This document shows positions 9,787 to 18,947 of a DNA stretch of 64,000 nt, one piece after another; within the stretch, counting starts at the first letter, position 1; every line of letters starts with the position of its first letter. The notes under the pieces are model-generated. The model worked only from the letters and a program-made list of their open reading frames with translations, was not told the origin of the DNA and did not search any database. This DNA comes from Erysipelotrichaceae bacterium (lineage in GTDB: Bacteria; Bacillota_I; Bacilli_A; RFN20; CAG-826). The DNA lies in assembly GCA_015059065.1 (NCBI GenBank), contig SVBE01000003.1:2000-65999 (forward strand). The letters are read 5' to 3'. A program made the translations under genes and the position numbers.

Positions 9787-10692
9787 TTACTCCATTTGCT
9801 CGAATAAAGACTCCGCTAATTCCTTGCTAGCGAGGTCTTCGCTGAAGGCTGTCGCGCTACCTGTTGCGACACCTTTTTTAAAGGCTCTAATCATATCATA
9901 ACTATCGAGATATTCGTCGATAAAGCCAGCAACCAAGCCATCGCCCGCGCCTACTGTATGTATCACTTTTCCTTGAGGTGCTTTTACTTTGATTGGTTCA
10001 ATATCCTTACCAACTAATAAGGCTCCGTCTCCACCTAAGGAAACGATTACGTTTGTTGCCCCTCTTTTAATCATTTCTTTAGCAGCGGCAATTAGTTCTT
10101 CATCGTTATTGATTGTAACCTTTAATGCGCTCTCTAATTCCCTTTTGTTTGGTTTGATGAGGAATGGGTGATATTTCAAACAGTTGAGTAAGATATCGCC
10201 CTCAGCATCAACAATAATTAAACAATCGTTATCAACCACTCTTGCGAGAATTAATTCATAAATATTGTTTGGAAGACTAGACGGAATTGTTCCAGAGATG
10301 ATGAGGGTGTCGTTTCTTCCTAATCTTTCTAATGTTTTAATGAGTTGCTCGATTTCATAGTCACCGATGTTAGGGCCTTGACCGTTGATAGCGGTTTCGT
10401 TCCCATTACACCTAATCTTCACATTCACACGAGTGTTGCCTTCTACTTCAATAAAACGCGAAGACACATGGTGATCTTCTAATTCTCTAATAATGAAATC
10501 GCCTGTAAATCCAGCGAGGAAACCAGTGGCAACACTACCTCTTCCTAGATTAGACAAAGTCATTGAAACATTAACGCCTTTTCCTCCGGGATAATATTCC
10601 TCTTTAATCGTTCTATTTAATTCCCCAGGAACAAAACTATTAAGATCAACAACATAGTCAATCGCTGGTGAGAACGTCACTGTATAAATCAT
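9787..10692 (-). CDS. fruK: 1-phosphofructokinase (PfkB family)
   Basis: MIYTVTFSPAIDY, PGGKGVNVS, LIKPN..EL, TVGAGD motifs. Confidence 0.9.
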   Translation of the reverse strand: MIYTVTFSPAIDYVVDLNSFVPGELNRTIKEEYYPGGKGVNVSMTLSNLGRGSVATGFLAGFTGDFIIRELEDHHVSSRFIEVEGNTRVNVKIRCNGNETAINGQGPNIGDYEIEQLIKTLERLGRNDTLIISGTIPSSLPNNIYELILARVVDNDCLIIVDAEGDILLNCLKYHPFLIKPNKRELESALKVTINNDEELIAAAKEMIKRGATNVIVSLGGDGALLVGKDIEPIKVKAPQGKVIHTVGAGDGLVAGFIDEYLDSYDMIRAFKKGVATGSATAFSEDLASKELAESLFEQME

Positions 10693-10740
10693 CTAATATT
10701 TCCTCCTGTTTTCTAAAATAATGCGTATTTTGTGGTAATT

Positions 10741-11448
10741 TTATTTAATTTTTGATACTTCTGAAGATGAAAGTGGGGTGATTGTTTCGCCCTTGCTAAC
10801 CAAAAGTTCGCCGTTGTCGTTAATCCCTAACGCAATGCCTTCTTCTTCACTATTTGTTGAGGCGTTAAAATAAGTAATTTCTTTTCTTAATAAGTAGTTG
10901 TGATTATTGAAATTTTCTATGATTGTGTTTTTAAAGGAATCGTAGTTTTTCAACTGTGAAACAACGTATTCAATAAATACTGTTCTCATCCTTTCGATAT
11001 CAAACGTTTTTCCGAGTTCTAATGATAAGGAAGTCGCGTTTTCTACGCCTTTAAATTCTGTTTGATTTACATTTAAACCAACGCCGATTACGACATAGTC
11101 TGGAAGTCTTCCTTGAAGTAATATGCCGCATATCTTTTTGTCTTTAACCATCACATCGTTTGGCCACTTTAAAGATAAGTTGTCTTCATACATATATCCT
11201 TTTAAGAAATCAAGGATGATAACCCCCATCGATATCGACAAGAGTTTAAATGAGTCAACGAGCTTTTTATCTTTGATGATGATGGAAAAGAGAACGTTCT
11301 CACCATTATTATCAACCCAACTATGACCTGTCCTTCCTAATCCTGCGGTTTGATGGGATGCAGAAATAACATCTAGATTATCAAACCAATCTGGATGGTC
11401 CATCAAATATCTTGATGTGGAATCAATTACGTCTATATGCTTAATCAT
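10741..11448 (-). CDS. birA: Biotin-[acetyl-CoA-carboxylase] ligase, no HTH domain
   Basis: DSTS, QTAGLGRTGHSW, LKWPNDV, KICGIL, IGVGLNVN; start ATG 11448. Confidence 0.92.
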   Translation of the reverse strand: MIKHIDVIDSTSRYLMDHPDWFDNLDVISASHQTAGLGRTGHSWVDNNGENVLFSIIIKDKKLVDSFKLLSISMGVIILDFLKGYMYEDNLSLKWPNDVMVKDKKICGILLQGRLPDYVVIGVGLNVNQTEFKGVENATSLSLELGKTFDIERMRTVFIEYVVSQLKNYDSFKNTIIENFNNHNYLLRKEITYFNASTNSEEEGIALGINDNGELLVSKGETITPLSSSEVSKIK

Positions 11449-12800
11449 ACTGTTGGCCAAGTCCTATTCGTTTTAAACCATTCTGTGTCTTTTAATATCA
11501 CAGAGTTGTTGCTACCTGCGATGGTGTAATCTTTACCATTCTCAGATTTGAAACAGATATTACCGTTCATTGATGTATAACCGGTATGTCCATCTGTTGT
11601 CACCGTGGTTACATAAATGTAACTTGTGTATTTAGCGATGTTATTAATCGCTGTTTGGGTTGGGAATTGATTATCAACGTTCTTGGTGTATTCATCGTTG
11701 CCCGCGCAGCAACATATACAGACGTTCTCAGGTGTAATCTTGCTAAGTAAGGTGTCGGTATTTGATGTTTTAGAGCCGTGGTGGCCGCCTTTAAAGAGTT
11801 GAACGTGTGGTAATTCGTTTAACGCCACTAAAGAGGCTTCTCCGTCCTTTTCCAAGTCACCAGTGAATAAATAGTGGTTTTGATTATTGTGAGTGAATAA
11901 AGCACAGACGGAATAATCGTTTTCATCACTGGTTGTTTCGTGATAGAAACGCTGATCAAGAATTGTCATCTTTACATAATCGTTGATTGTGTATTCTTTC
12001 TTTGCTCCACCAGTTTCTGCAACGCACTGTGCAGCGGTGTAATGATGTTCCATATCACCCCTTGCTAATGCTGCGTCTCTTTTTGTGACATGGTTGTTAT
12101 ATAAAGTGGTATCAGAGTTAGTCAAAGCAAAATCAATTAAAGTACCGATTTTATATGAATCAAAGATTCCAGAAATCTTGCTTGTACCGACAAATCCTGC
12201 GATGTGGTCTTTGTGCGCGTGTGTTGCGATAACATATTCTAATTTGCCGTCTTCACAGTATTTGTTGACGAATTCTTTAATCGTGCCCGCACTTGATTGA
12301 ATGCTGCCCGCATCGATTAAAATATCGACATCACCAGCTTTGATATAAGTTGAATCACCAGTGTTATAACAACCTAATTCTAAGAAGTTGATGCTCATGC
12401 CAGAAGGTGTTTCTAATTTTGGATTATATTCTGCGTGAGCGTGACTTGACGAATGTTCTTCTGAACTTGAAACTGGTTCGCTTGATGAATACTCTTCTGA
12501 ACTTGAAACTGGTTCGCTTGATGAACGTTCTTCTGAACTAGAAATCGTCTCGCTTGAAAGTGGTTCTGAAGAACTGGAAATAGTTTGGCTTGTGGTTGGT
12601 TCAGATGAACTACCACCTTGTGGTCCAATCTTATCCTTTAAGAATAAGAAATAAACCGCTAATCCGATGCCAACAGCAAGGACTAGCACTAGTAATATAA
12701 TAAAAAAAGCTTTAGGGTTCTTTTTCGCCATTTTAGTGGCGGTTTTTACAGCTTTCTTTTGGTATTTGTTTGAAGAATTAGATTTCTTTTTATTTGCCAT
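11445..12800 (-). CDS. Membrane-anchored MBL-fold hydrolase (ComEC/Rec2 C-terminal-like) with Ser-rich linker
   Basis: N-terminal basic patch plus TM helix, Ser/Glu linker, GDS, LIDAG, THAHKDHIAG, LFTGD, GHHGS motifs. Confidence 0.85.
   Translation of the reverse strand: MANKKKSNSSNKYQKKAVKTATKMAKKNPKAFFIILLVLVLAVGIGLAVYFLFLKDKIGPQGGSSSEPTTSQTISSSSEPLSSETISSSEERSSSEPVSSSEEYSSSEPVSSSEEHSSSHAHAEYNPKLETPSGMSINFLELGCYNTGDSTYIKAGDVDILIDAGSIQSSAGTIKEFVNKYCEDGKLEYVIATHAHKDHIAGFVGTSKISGIFDSYKIGTLIDFALTNSDTTLYNNHVTKRDAALARGDMEHHYTAAQCVAETGGAKKEYTINDYVKMTILDQRFYHETTSDENDYSVCALFTHNNQNHYLFTGDLEKDGEASLVALNELPHVQLFKGGHHGSKTSNTDTLLSKITPENVCICCCAGNDEYTKNVDNQFPTQTAINNIAKYTSYIYVTTVTTDGHTGYTSMNGNICFKSENGKDYTIAGSNNSVILKDTEWFKTNRTWPTV
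12457..12560 (-). repeat. 36-bp tandem repeat (about 3 copies) encoding SSSEPVSSSEE(R/Y/H)
   Basis: ttctgaacttgaaactggttcgcttgatgaa recurs with 36-nt period (12461, 12497, 12533). Confidence 0.9.
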
Positions 12801-12809
12801 AGACCCCTC

Positions 12810-12926
12810 CTAACTATTTAATACGATCGCAACCGCGCTTGTCGCAAACATCGCAATAACGATAATAATAACGATGATGCGAAACAATATTTTCTTGGTG
12901 CGTTTTTTCTGGTCTCTAGTTGCCAT
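12810..12926 (-). CDS. 38-aa single-pass membrane peptide, below ORF-track cutoff
   Basis: MATRDQKKRTKKILFRIIVIIIVIAMFATSAVAIVLNS*; its TAG overlaps the GGAGGGG RBS of the downstream MBL gene. Confidence 0.7.
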   Translation of the reverse strand: MATRDQKKRTKKILFRIIVIIIVIAMFATSAVAIVLNS

Positions 12927-12951
12927 ATAACTAGTTTAGACCAAAGTAAAT

Positions 12952-12973
12952 AAAAACGCCACATTTGTGGCGT
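12952..12973 (-). terminator. Intrinsic terminator of pckA-oad operon
   Basis: ACGCCACA-TT-TGTGGCGT inverted repeat followed by a T-run on the minus strand. Confidence 0.75.
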
Positions 12974-12994
12974 AATTATTGAATCTATTTTTGA

Positions 12995-14191
12995 TTATAA
13001 GAAGATGGCCATTAAGATACCAGCGGCAATCGCACTTCCGATAACACCAGCGACGTTTGGTCCCATCGCATGCATTAATAAGAAGTTGCTTGGGTCTTCT
13101 TTTTGACCTTCTCTTTGGACGACACGAGCTGCCATTGGAACAGCAGAGACACCCGCAATACCAATCATTGGGTTAACTTTACCTTTTGTAAGTACACACA
13201 TGAGTTTGCCACCAAGAAGTCCGCTTATACCAGCGAGGATGAAGGCTCCGATACCTAAAGCGAAAATCTTAAGAGTTTCCACAGTTAAGAATGCGGCACC
13301 TTGAGCAGTTGCTCCGACAGAAAGTCCTAACGCTATTGTGCAAATATATAATAATGCGTTTGCGACTGTGTGGACTAAGTTTGGCACTAAACCAGATTCT
13401 TTGATTAAGTTACCGAGCATTAAGCATCCGATAAGAGGTGTTGCTCCTGGAACGATTAAGGCCACGATTAATGTAACGATAATTGGGAAGAGAATCTTTT
13501 CTCTCTTGCTCACTTCCCTGAGTTGTTGCATCTTGATTGTTCTTTCCTTTTTAGTGGTAAAGAGCTTGATGATAGGTGGGAAGATAACAGGGACAAGAGC
13601 CATGTAGGAATAGGCTGCTAAGGCAATTGGGGCTAATAAGTTTAAGGAAGCGCCACCAGAAGCGTTTAACATCTTAGAAGAAACTAAGATAGCGGTTGGG
13701 CCATCCGCACCACCGATGATGCCAATAGAGGCTGCTTCGTAACCGTTAAAGCCTAAGGCAATGGCTAGGAAGAAAGCGGCAAAGATACCAATTTGGGCAG
13801 CCGCGCCTAATAACATTGTCTTCTTATTAGAAATAAGTGGACCAAAGTCTGTAGTAGCGCCGATACCAAGGAAGATTAAACACGGATATATTTCGTATTT
13901 AACTCCGTAATACAGATAACCAAGCAAACCAGAATATTGATAGTCGATAACCGTGCCTTCCGCATCAGTGATCGCTGTCTTTGTAAAGATATGAGCTCCT
14001 GGAATATTGGTTAAGATGATACCAAAGGAGATAGGTATTAATAAATAAGGTTCAAATTTGAATACTAAGGCGAGTACGAGGAAAAAGACTCCAACGAGAA
14101 TCATCACCAAATTCATCCATCCACCATTTTGGAAGAATCCGGCGACTCCGCTGGTCTCAAAGAACTCACCAATTAAAGACCAGATATTCAT
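12995..14191 (-). CDS. oadB: Na+-translocating decarboxylase beta subunit
   Basis: FEPYLLIPI, LGAAAQIGIF, IGIIGGADGPTAI, GVSAVPMAARV, HAMGPNVAGVIGSA. Confidence 0.96.
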   Translation of the reverse strand: MNIWSLIGEFFETSGVAGFFQNGGWMNLVMILVGVFFLVLALVFKFEPYLLIPISFGIILTNIPGAHIFTKTAITDAEGTVIDYQYSGLLGYLYYGVKYEIYPCLIFLGIGATTDFGPLISNKKTMLLGAAAQIGIFAAFFLAIALGFNGYEAASIGIIGGADGPTAILVSSKMLNASGGASLNLLAPIALAAYSYMALVPVIFPPIIKLFTTKKERTIKMQQLREVSKREKILFPIIVTLIVALIVPGATPLIGCLMLGNLIKESGLVPNLVHTVANALLYICTIALGLSVGATAQGAAFLTVETLKIFALGIGAFILAGISGLLGGKLMCVLTKGKVNPMIGIAGVSAVPMAARVVQREGQKEDPSNFLLMHAMGPNVAGVIGSAIAAGILMAIFL

Positions 14192-14196
14192 TGTTA

Positions 14197-14541
14197 CTAT
14201 TCTAATGTGATTAATGGTTCGCCGTTATTGACCGCGTTACCAACTTTGGCAACGATTGAGGCCACTTTACCAGCGATTGGGGATGGGACTTCGTTTTCGA
14301 GTTTCATCGCTTCGACAACAGCAACGACGTCACCGACTTTGATTGTGTCACCAACTTTAACTTTGATGGCCACAACTTTACCAGCGATTGGAGCGTTGAC
14401 GCTTTGACCACCAGTGGATTTAACTGGTTCAGATTTGGCTTCAGCTTTTGCTTCTGGAGCGACACTGCCAGATTTTTCACCGACGGCTTCAAGTTCCACT
14501 TCGTAAACTTTTCCGTTTACCTTTACACGATAAGTTTTCAT
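14197..14541 (-). CDS. Biotin carboxyl carrier subunit of decarboxylase
   Basis: VKVNGKVYEVE N-terminus, Ala/Lys linker, EAMKLENEV biotinylation motif. Confidence 0.93.
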   Translation of the reverse strand: MKTYRVKVNGKVYEVELEAVGEKSGSVAPEAKAEAKSEPVKSTGGQSVNAPIAGKVVAIKVKVGDTIKVGDVVAVVEAMKLENEVPSPIAGKVASIVAKVGNAVNNGEPLITLE

Positions 14542-14870
14542 TATTTTATCTCCTTTACACTAACTAATTTGACATCTTTTTTAATTTCGCTTTGATAATC
14601 GATTGTCGCGACTAATACAGCAGCAACCATATCTTCATCGTTTTCATTAAATTGCGCAGGTTTTGCAACATTTTCTTCGACTTTTGCAGGTTTTTTTGCT
14701 GCGTCTAGTTCTTTTTTAAGATCGATATATCCAAGAGCTTTAAATACTAGATGAGTGATTAAGATGATGGCTCCTAAAATGAGGAAGACCATCAAGATTG
14801 CCACGACAGCAGCGATTGCAGAATCGCCCCATTGGTAAGTTTGGCTACCATCCATAACTGCGTAAAACAT
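14541..14870 (-). CDS. oadG: OadG-family (gamma/delta) decarboxylase subunit
   Basis: Single TM (ILMVFLIL), linker, 'MVAAVLVATI' C-terminal motif; operon position. Confidence 0.8.
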   Translation of the reverse strand: MFYAVMDGSQTYQWGDSAIAAVVAILMVFLILGAIILITHLVFKALGYIDLKKELDAAKKPAKVEENVAKPAQFNENDEDMVAAVLVATIDYQSEIKKDVKLVSVKEIK

Positions 14871-14880
14871 AACTTACCTC

Positions 14881-16269
14881 CTAGACATATAAGTTGAATT
14901 CCACAACTTCATCTTTTTCCTCTGGTTGAGGATTATATTTCTTTTTGAGGAATTCAGTAGCGACCGATTCGAATAAGGCGAGAGAGAGAACGTCTTCATC
15001 GCATTTAGCAATGTCCTTATATTTCTCTTTCAAGGATTCGAATTCAGGTTCTAATAAATCGGCTGGACGACATTTGATAATTTCATCATCGCCGACAATT
15101 TTCTTTAAGATTTCTGGATCCACTGGAGCTGGCCATTGACCATATCTTCCGTGACAGTAGTCCTTAATCTCTTTAGCGACCATCTTGTAGCGTTGGCCAC
15201 TTAAGACGTTTAACACCGCTTGGGTGCCAACCATCTGTGAAAGTGGAGTGACGAGTGGTGGATAACCTAAATCTTTTCTGACGTTAGGAATTTCTCTTAA
15301 CACTTCATCATATCTATCCATGGCGTTTTGTTCTTTGAGTTGGCTAGTTAAGTTAGACAACATGCCGCCTGGAACCTGATATTTCAAGATGTTTGGGTTG
15401 ACGGATAATGATTTGACAGTCATCTTACCGTTATTGAGGTTCTTGGTTTTGATTTTCTCTAATAATGGTTCGGCTTCAAACATCTTCTCCTTATCGAGTT
15501 TTGGATCGTATTTAGTGCCAGCGAGAGCGACGTTCATCGCTTGGGCGCTTGGTTGGCCAGTACCGTTTGATAATGGGGTGACTGAGCAGTCAATGATATC
15601 ACATCCTGCTTCAATCGCTGCCATATAAGTCATCTCACAAATACCACCTGTGCAGTGTGAGTGTAATTCAAGTGGTAGCCTGGTGTTTTTCTTTAAGGCT
15701 GTGAAGAGCGCTTTCGCATCTTGTGGAGTGAGAACACCCGCCATATCTTTGATACAGATTGAATCTGCACCTAGTTCTTTTTCAATTCTTTTTGCGAGCT
15801 CAGTATAGTATTCCACAGTATGGACTGGGGAAGTGGTATAACTGAGGGCGATTTGACAGTGTCCACCATATTTCTTAGTGGAAACAACTGCTTGTTTTAA
15901 GTTTCTTAAATCATTAAGAGCGTCGAAAACACGGATGATATCAATGCCATTTTCAATGGACTTCTTGCAGAACATATCAACGACATCGTCGGAATAGTGA
16001 CGATAACCGAGGATATTTTGTCCTCTGAAGAGCATTTGTAATTTCGTGTTTGGACAAGCTTTTCTAATCGCTCTTAATCTCTCCCATGGATCTTCGTTTA
16101 AAAATCTAAGGCAGGCATCGAAAGTCGCGCCTCCCCAGACTTCTAAAGCATAAAATCCGGCTTTATCGAGAATTGGAGCAACAGAAAGTATTTCTTCTGT
16201 CGTCATTCTAGTAGCGAATAACGATTGGTGAGCATCTCTTAATGTGGTGTCGACTATTTTGACTCCCAT
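14881..16269 (-). CDS. oadA: Oxaloacetate decarboxylase alpha / carboxyltransferase subunit
   Basis: DTTLRDAHQSLFATRM, WGGATFD, IKDMAG, HSHCT, QVPGGMLSN, GYPPLVTPLSQMVG; no biotin domain. Confidence 0.93.
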   Translation of the reverse strand: MGVKIVDTTLRDAHQSLFATRMTTEEILSVAPILDKAGFYALEVWGGATFDACLRFLNEDPWERLRAIRKACPNTKLQMLFRGQNILGYRHYSDDVVDMFCKKSIENGIDIIRVFDALNDLRNLKQAVVSTKKYGGHCQIALSYTTSPVHTVEYYTELAKRIEKELGADSICIKDMAGVLTPQDAKALFTALKKNTRLPLELHSHCTGGICEMTYMAAIEAGCDIIDCSVTPLSNGTGQPSAQAMNVALAGTKYDPKLDKEKMFEAEPLLEKIKTKNLNNGKMTVKSLSVNPNILKYQVPGGMLSNLTSQLKEQNAMDRYDEVLREIPNVRKDLGYPPLVTPLSQMVGTQAVLNVLSGQRYKMVAKEIKDYCHGRYGQWPAPVDPEILKKIVGDDEIIKCRPADLLEPEFESLKEKYKDIAKCDEDVLSLALFESVATEFLKKKYNPQPEEKDEVVEFNLYV

Positions 16270-16282
16270 ATATGCTCCTTTC

Positions 16283-17890
16283 TTATTCAGCGTGTGGGCC
16301 GGCTTTCACGAGGGCTTTACCCGCGTCATTAGTTTCGTATTTCTTGAAGTTCTTTTGGAATCTAGAAGCTAAATCTTGTGCTTTTCTATTCCATTCTGCT
16401 GGATCAGCATAAGTGTCTCTTGGATCTAAGATCTTTGGATCAACACCTGGGAGTTCAGTTGGGACTTCAAAGTCGAAGACTGGAATCTTCTTAGTTGGGG
16501 CTTTAGTGATAGAGCCATCTAAGATAGCATCGATGATACCACGAGTATCTTTAATGGAGATACGTTTGCCAGTACCGTTCCAACCAGTGTTGACTAAGTA
16601 GGCTTTCGCGCCTGTGATAGCCATATGTTTGACTAATTCTTCACCGTATTTAGTTGGGTGTAATTCAAGGAAGGCTTGACCGAAGCAGGCAGAGAATGTT
16701 GGAGTTGGTTCAGTGATACCTCTTTCAGTACCTGCGAGTTTGGCTGTGAAGCCGCTTAAGAAATAATATTGAGTTTGTTCTGGAGTTAAGATTGAGACTG
16801 GTGGGAGAACACCAAAGGCATCTGCAGATAAGAAGATGACGTTTTGTGCATGTGGACCATGGCTGATTGGTTTAACAATCTTTTCGATGTGATCGATTGG
16901 ATAGCTGACACGAGTGTTTTCAGTGACAGACTTATCAGCGAAGTTGCAAACGCCCTTTTCATCAACAGTGACGTTTTCTAATAAAGCGTTTCTCTTAATC
17001 GCTCTATAGATATCTGGTTCGCTTTCTTTATCGAGGTTGATAACCTTTGCATAGCAACCACCTTCGAGGTTGAAGACACCGTTATCATCCCATCCGTGTT
17101 CATCATCACCGATTAATAATCTCTTTGGATCAGTGGATAATGTGGTTTTACCAGTTCCGGATAAACCGAAGAAGATGGCTGTATTTTCACCGTTCATATC
17201 AGTGTTGGCGGAACAGTGCATTGAAGCCATACCTCTTAATGGTAAGAAGTAGTTCATCATAGAGAACATGCCTTTCTTCATTTCACCGCCGTACCAAGTG
17301 TTTAAGATAACTTGTTCTTTGCTAGTGATGTTGAAGGCCACACATGTTTCACTGTTTAAGCCTAATTCTTTATAATTTTCGACCTTAGCTTTTGAAGCAG
17401 CGTAGACGATGAAGTCTGGTTCGAAGTTGGCTTGTTCTTCTGCGTTTGGTTTAATGAACATGTTTCTCACAAAGTGAGCTTGCCATGCCACTTCCATCAC
17501 GAATCTAACCGCCATTCTAGTGTCTTTGTTCGCACCACAGAAAGCATCGACGACGAATAATCTCTTATTAGATAATTCCTTTAATGCTAATTCCTTAACA
17601 ACTTTCCAAGTCTCTTGGGTCATTGGGTGGTTGTCGTTAGGATATTCTGGGGTAGTCCACCAAACTGTGTCTTTGCTGTTTTCATCGACAACAAGGTATT
17701 TGTCCTTTGGGGAACGACCTGTGTAGATACCAGTCATAACGTTGACTGCACCTAATTCAGTTAATTGGCCTTTTTCATAACCAGTTAACTCTTTTTTCAT
17801 CTCTTCTTCGAATAACAATTCGTAGGAAGGATTGTAAACGACTTCACGGGTACCGTTGATGCCGTATTTGCTGAGATCAATCTTACTCAT
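16283..17890 (-). CDS. pckA: Phosphoenolpyruvate carboxykinase (ATP)
   Basis: [53 protein letters not shown]. Confidence 0.98.
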   Translation of the reverse strand: MSKIDLSKYGINGTREVVYNPSYELLFEEEMKKELTGYEKGQLTELGAVNVMTGIYTGRSPKDKYLVVDENSKDTVWWTTPEYPNDNHPMTQETWKVVKELALKELSNKRLFVVDAFCGANKDTRMAVRFVMEVAWQAHFVRNMFIKPNAEEQANFEPDFIVYAASKAKVENYKELGLNSETCVAFNITSKEQVILNTWYGGEMKKGMFSMMNYFLPLRGMASMHCSANTDMNGENTAIFFGLSGTGKTTLSTDPKRLLIGDDEHGWDDNGVFNLEGGCYAKVINLDKESEPDIYRAIKRNALLENVTVDEKGVCNFADKSVTENTRVSYPIDHIEKIVKPISHGPHAQNVIFLSADAFGVLPPVSILTPEQTQYYFLSGFTAKLAGTERGITEPTPTFSACFGQAFLELHPTKYGEELVKHMAITGAKAYLVNTGWNGTGKRISIKDTRGIIDAILDGSITKAPTKKIPVFDFEVPTELPGVDPKILDPRDTYADPAEWNRKAQDLASRFQKNFKKYETNDAGKALVKAGPHAE

Positions 17891-18053
17891 ATATTTTTAA
17901 AACTCCTTATGTTTTTACCGGGCTATTTGTTAAAAAGCCCCAATCAAAGTCATATTATCACAAAAATATTGATATCATCAATAAAGACGATTCTTTTTTC
18001 TTCATTTTTGATGATTTATTTGTTTTTTTGTCCTATTATGCAATAATAGTGGC

Positions 18054-18479
18054 ATGAAAAAGATTCGCTTAAATTGGTTGGATATCGTTTCCCTTATTGT
18101 TTTAGGTGTTTCCTTTATCCTTATATTTATACCTCTAAGCCCAAGCGATAATGGGCTTTACTCATTGACCACTTATGTCGCGGAAGCGTCTAATAATGGT
18201 GAGAGTATAAGAATCATCCCTTTTGTCTTTTATATAATGCTCACCTTAACATCGATTGCATTGATTATTTTTAATTTGAAGTTATTTTATAAGTTTTCAA
18301 TTTTTGGGGCGACAATCTTCATGTTGTTGCTATGTATTAATGGCTGGCCGACGAGGTTATTTTCTATGATTGTTGCCATGTCGTATTTAATCCTTCTTTT
18401 ACTAATAATCATTGTTGATTTTTTCAAAAACGGAAGATTTTTTAGAAAGGATCCAGAAAAGGAAGAAGATTTGCGATGA
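18054..18479 (+). CDS. Hypothetical 4-TM membrane protein
   Basis: Four hydrophobic segments; similar to adjacent ORF. Confidence 0.7.
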   Translation: MKKIRLNWLDIVSLIVLGVSFILIFIPLSPSDNGLYSLTTYVAEASNNGESIRIIPFVFYIMLTLTSIALIIFNLKLFYKFSIFGATIFMLLLCINGWPTRLFSMIVAMSYLILLLLIIIVDFFKNGRFFRKDPEKEEDLR

Positions 18480-18874
18480 AAAAGAAAAGATTTAACACCC
18501 TTAATATTGTGACAATTGCGGTTATAACACTAACCCTGATCATGTCTTTTATCCCTGTTAACCCCTGGTCAACCGGAGGAGACCCTACATACTATTCATT
18601 TTGTCAAAGAATGGTTGAGGCGAATACGAGGTCACCTGCTTTCCTTGTAATGGGGATTATCTTTTACATCGCCTCCATCCTTGTTATTGTATTTATTGCC
18701 TTTGGCAAAAAGGCTTTCTATATCGCTAGTTTAGGCGTTGCGACAGTGGGAATGTCACCATTTTTGGCAAGGGTGCTTCTCATCAACTATTTTGCCATCG
18801 CGGTGATGGTGGCTTATATCGCTTTATTGACCGCCCATCTATTCTTTTTAAGATATCGAAACAAAGAGGATTAA
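18476..18874 (+). CDS. Hypothetical 4-TM membrane protein, likely paralog of upstream gene
   Basis: MKKKRFNTLNIV...FIPVNP versus MKKIRLNWLDIV...FIPLSP; ATGA overlap. Confidence 0.7.
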   Translation: MKKKRFNTLNIVTIAVITLTLIMSFIPVNPWSTGGDPTYYSFCQRMVEANTRSPAFLVMGIIFYIASILVIVFIAFGKKAFYIASLGVATVGMSPFLARVLLINYFAIAVMVAYIALLTAHLFFLRYRNKED

Positions 18875-18947
18875 TGCATATGTAGTTTTCTCACGCAGAT
18901 AATATGGGTGTGGAAAAATGACTAGCATTGTGAAATAATAAAAACGC

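Noticed and set aside
12457-12560. 36-bp repeats as a possible CRISPR array
   Set aside because: Contiguous in-frame coding repeats without unique spacers; no cas genes
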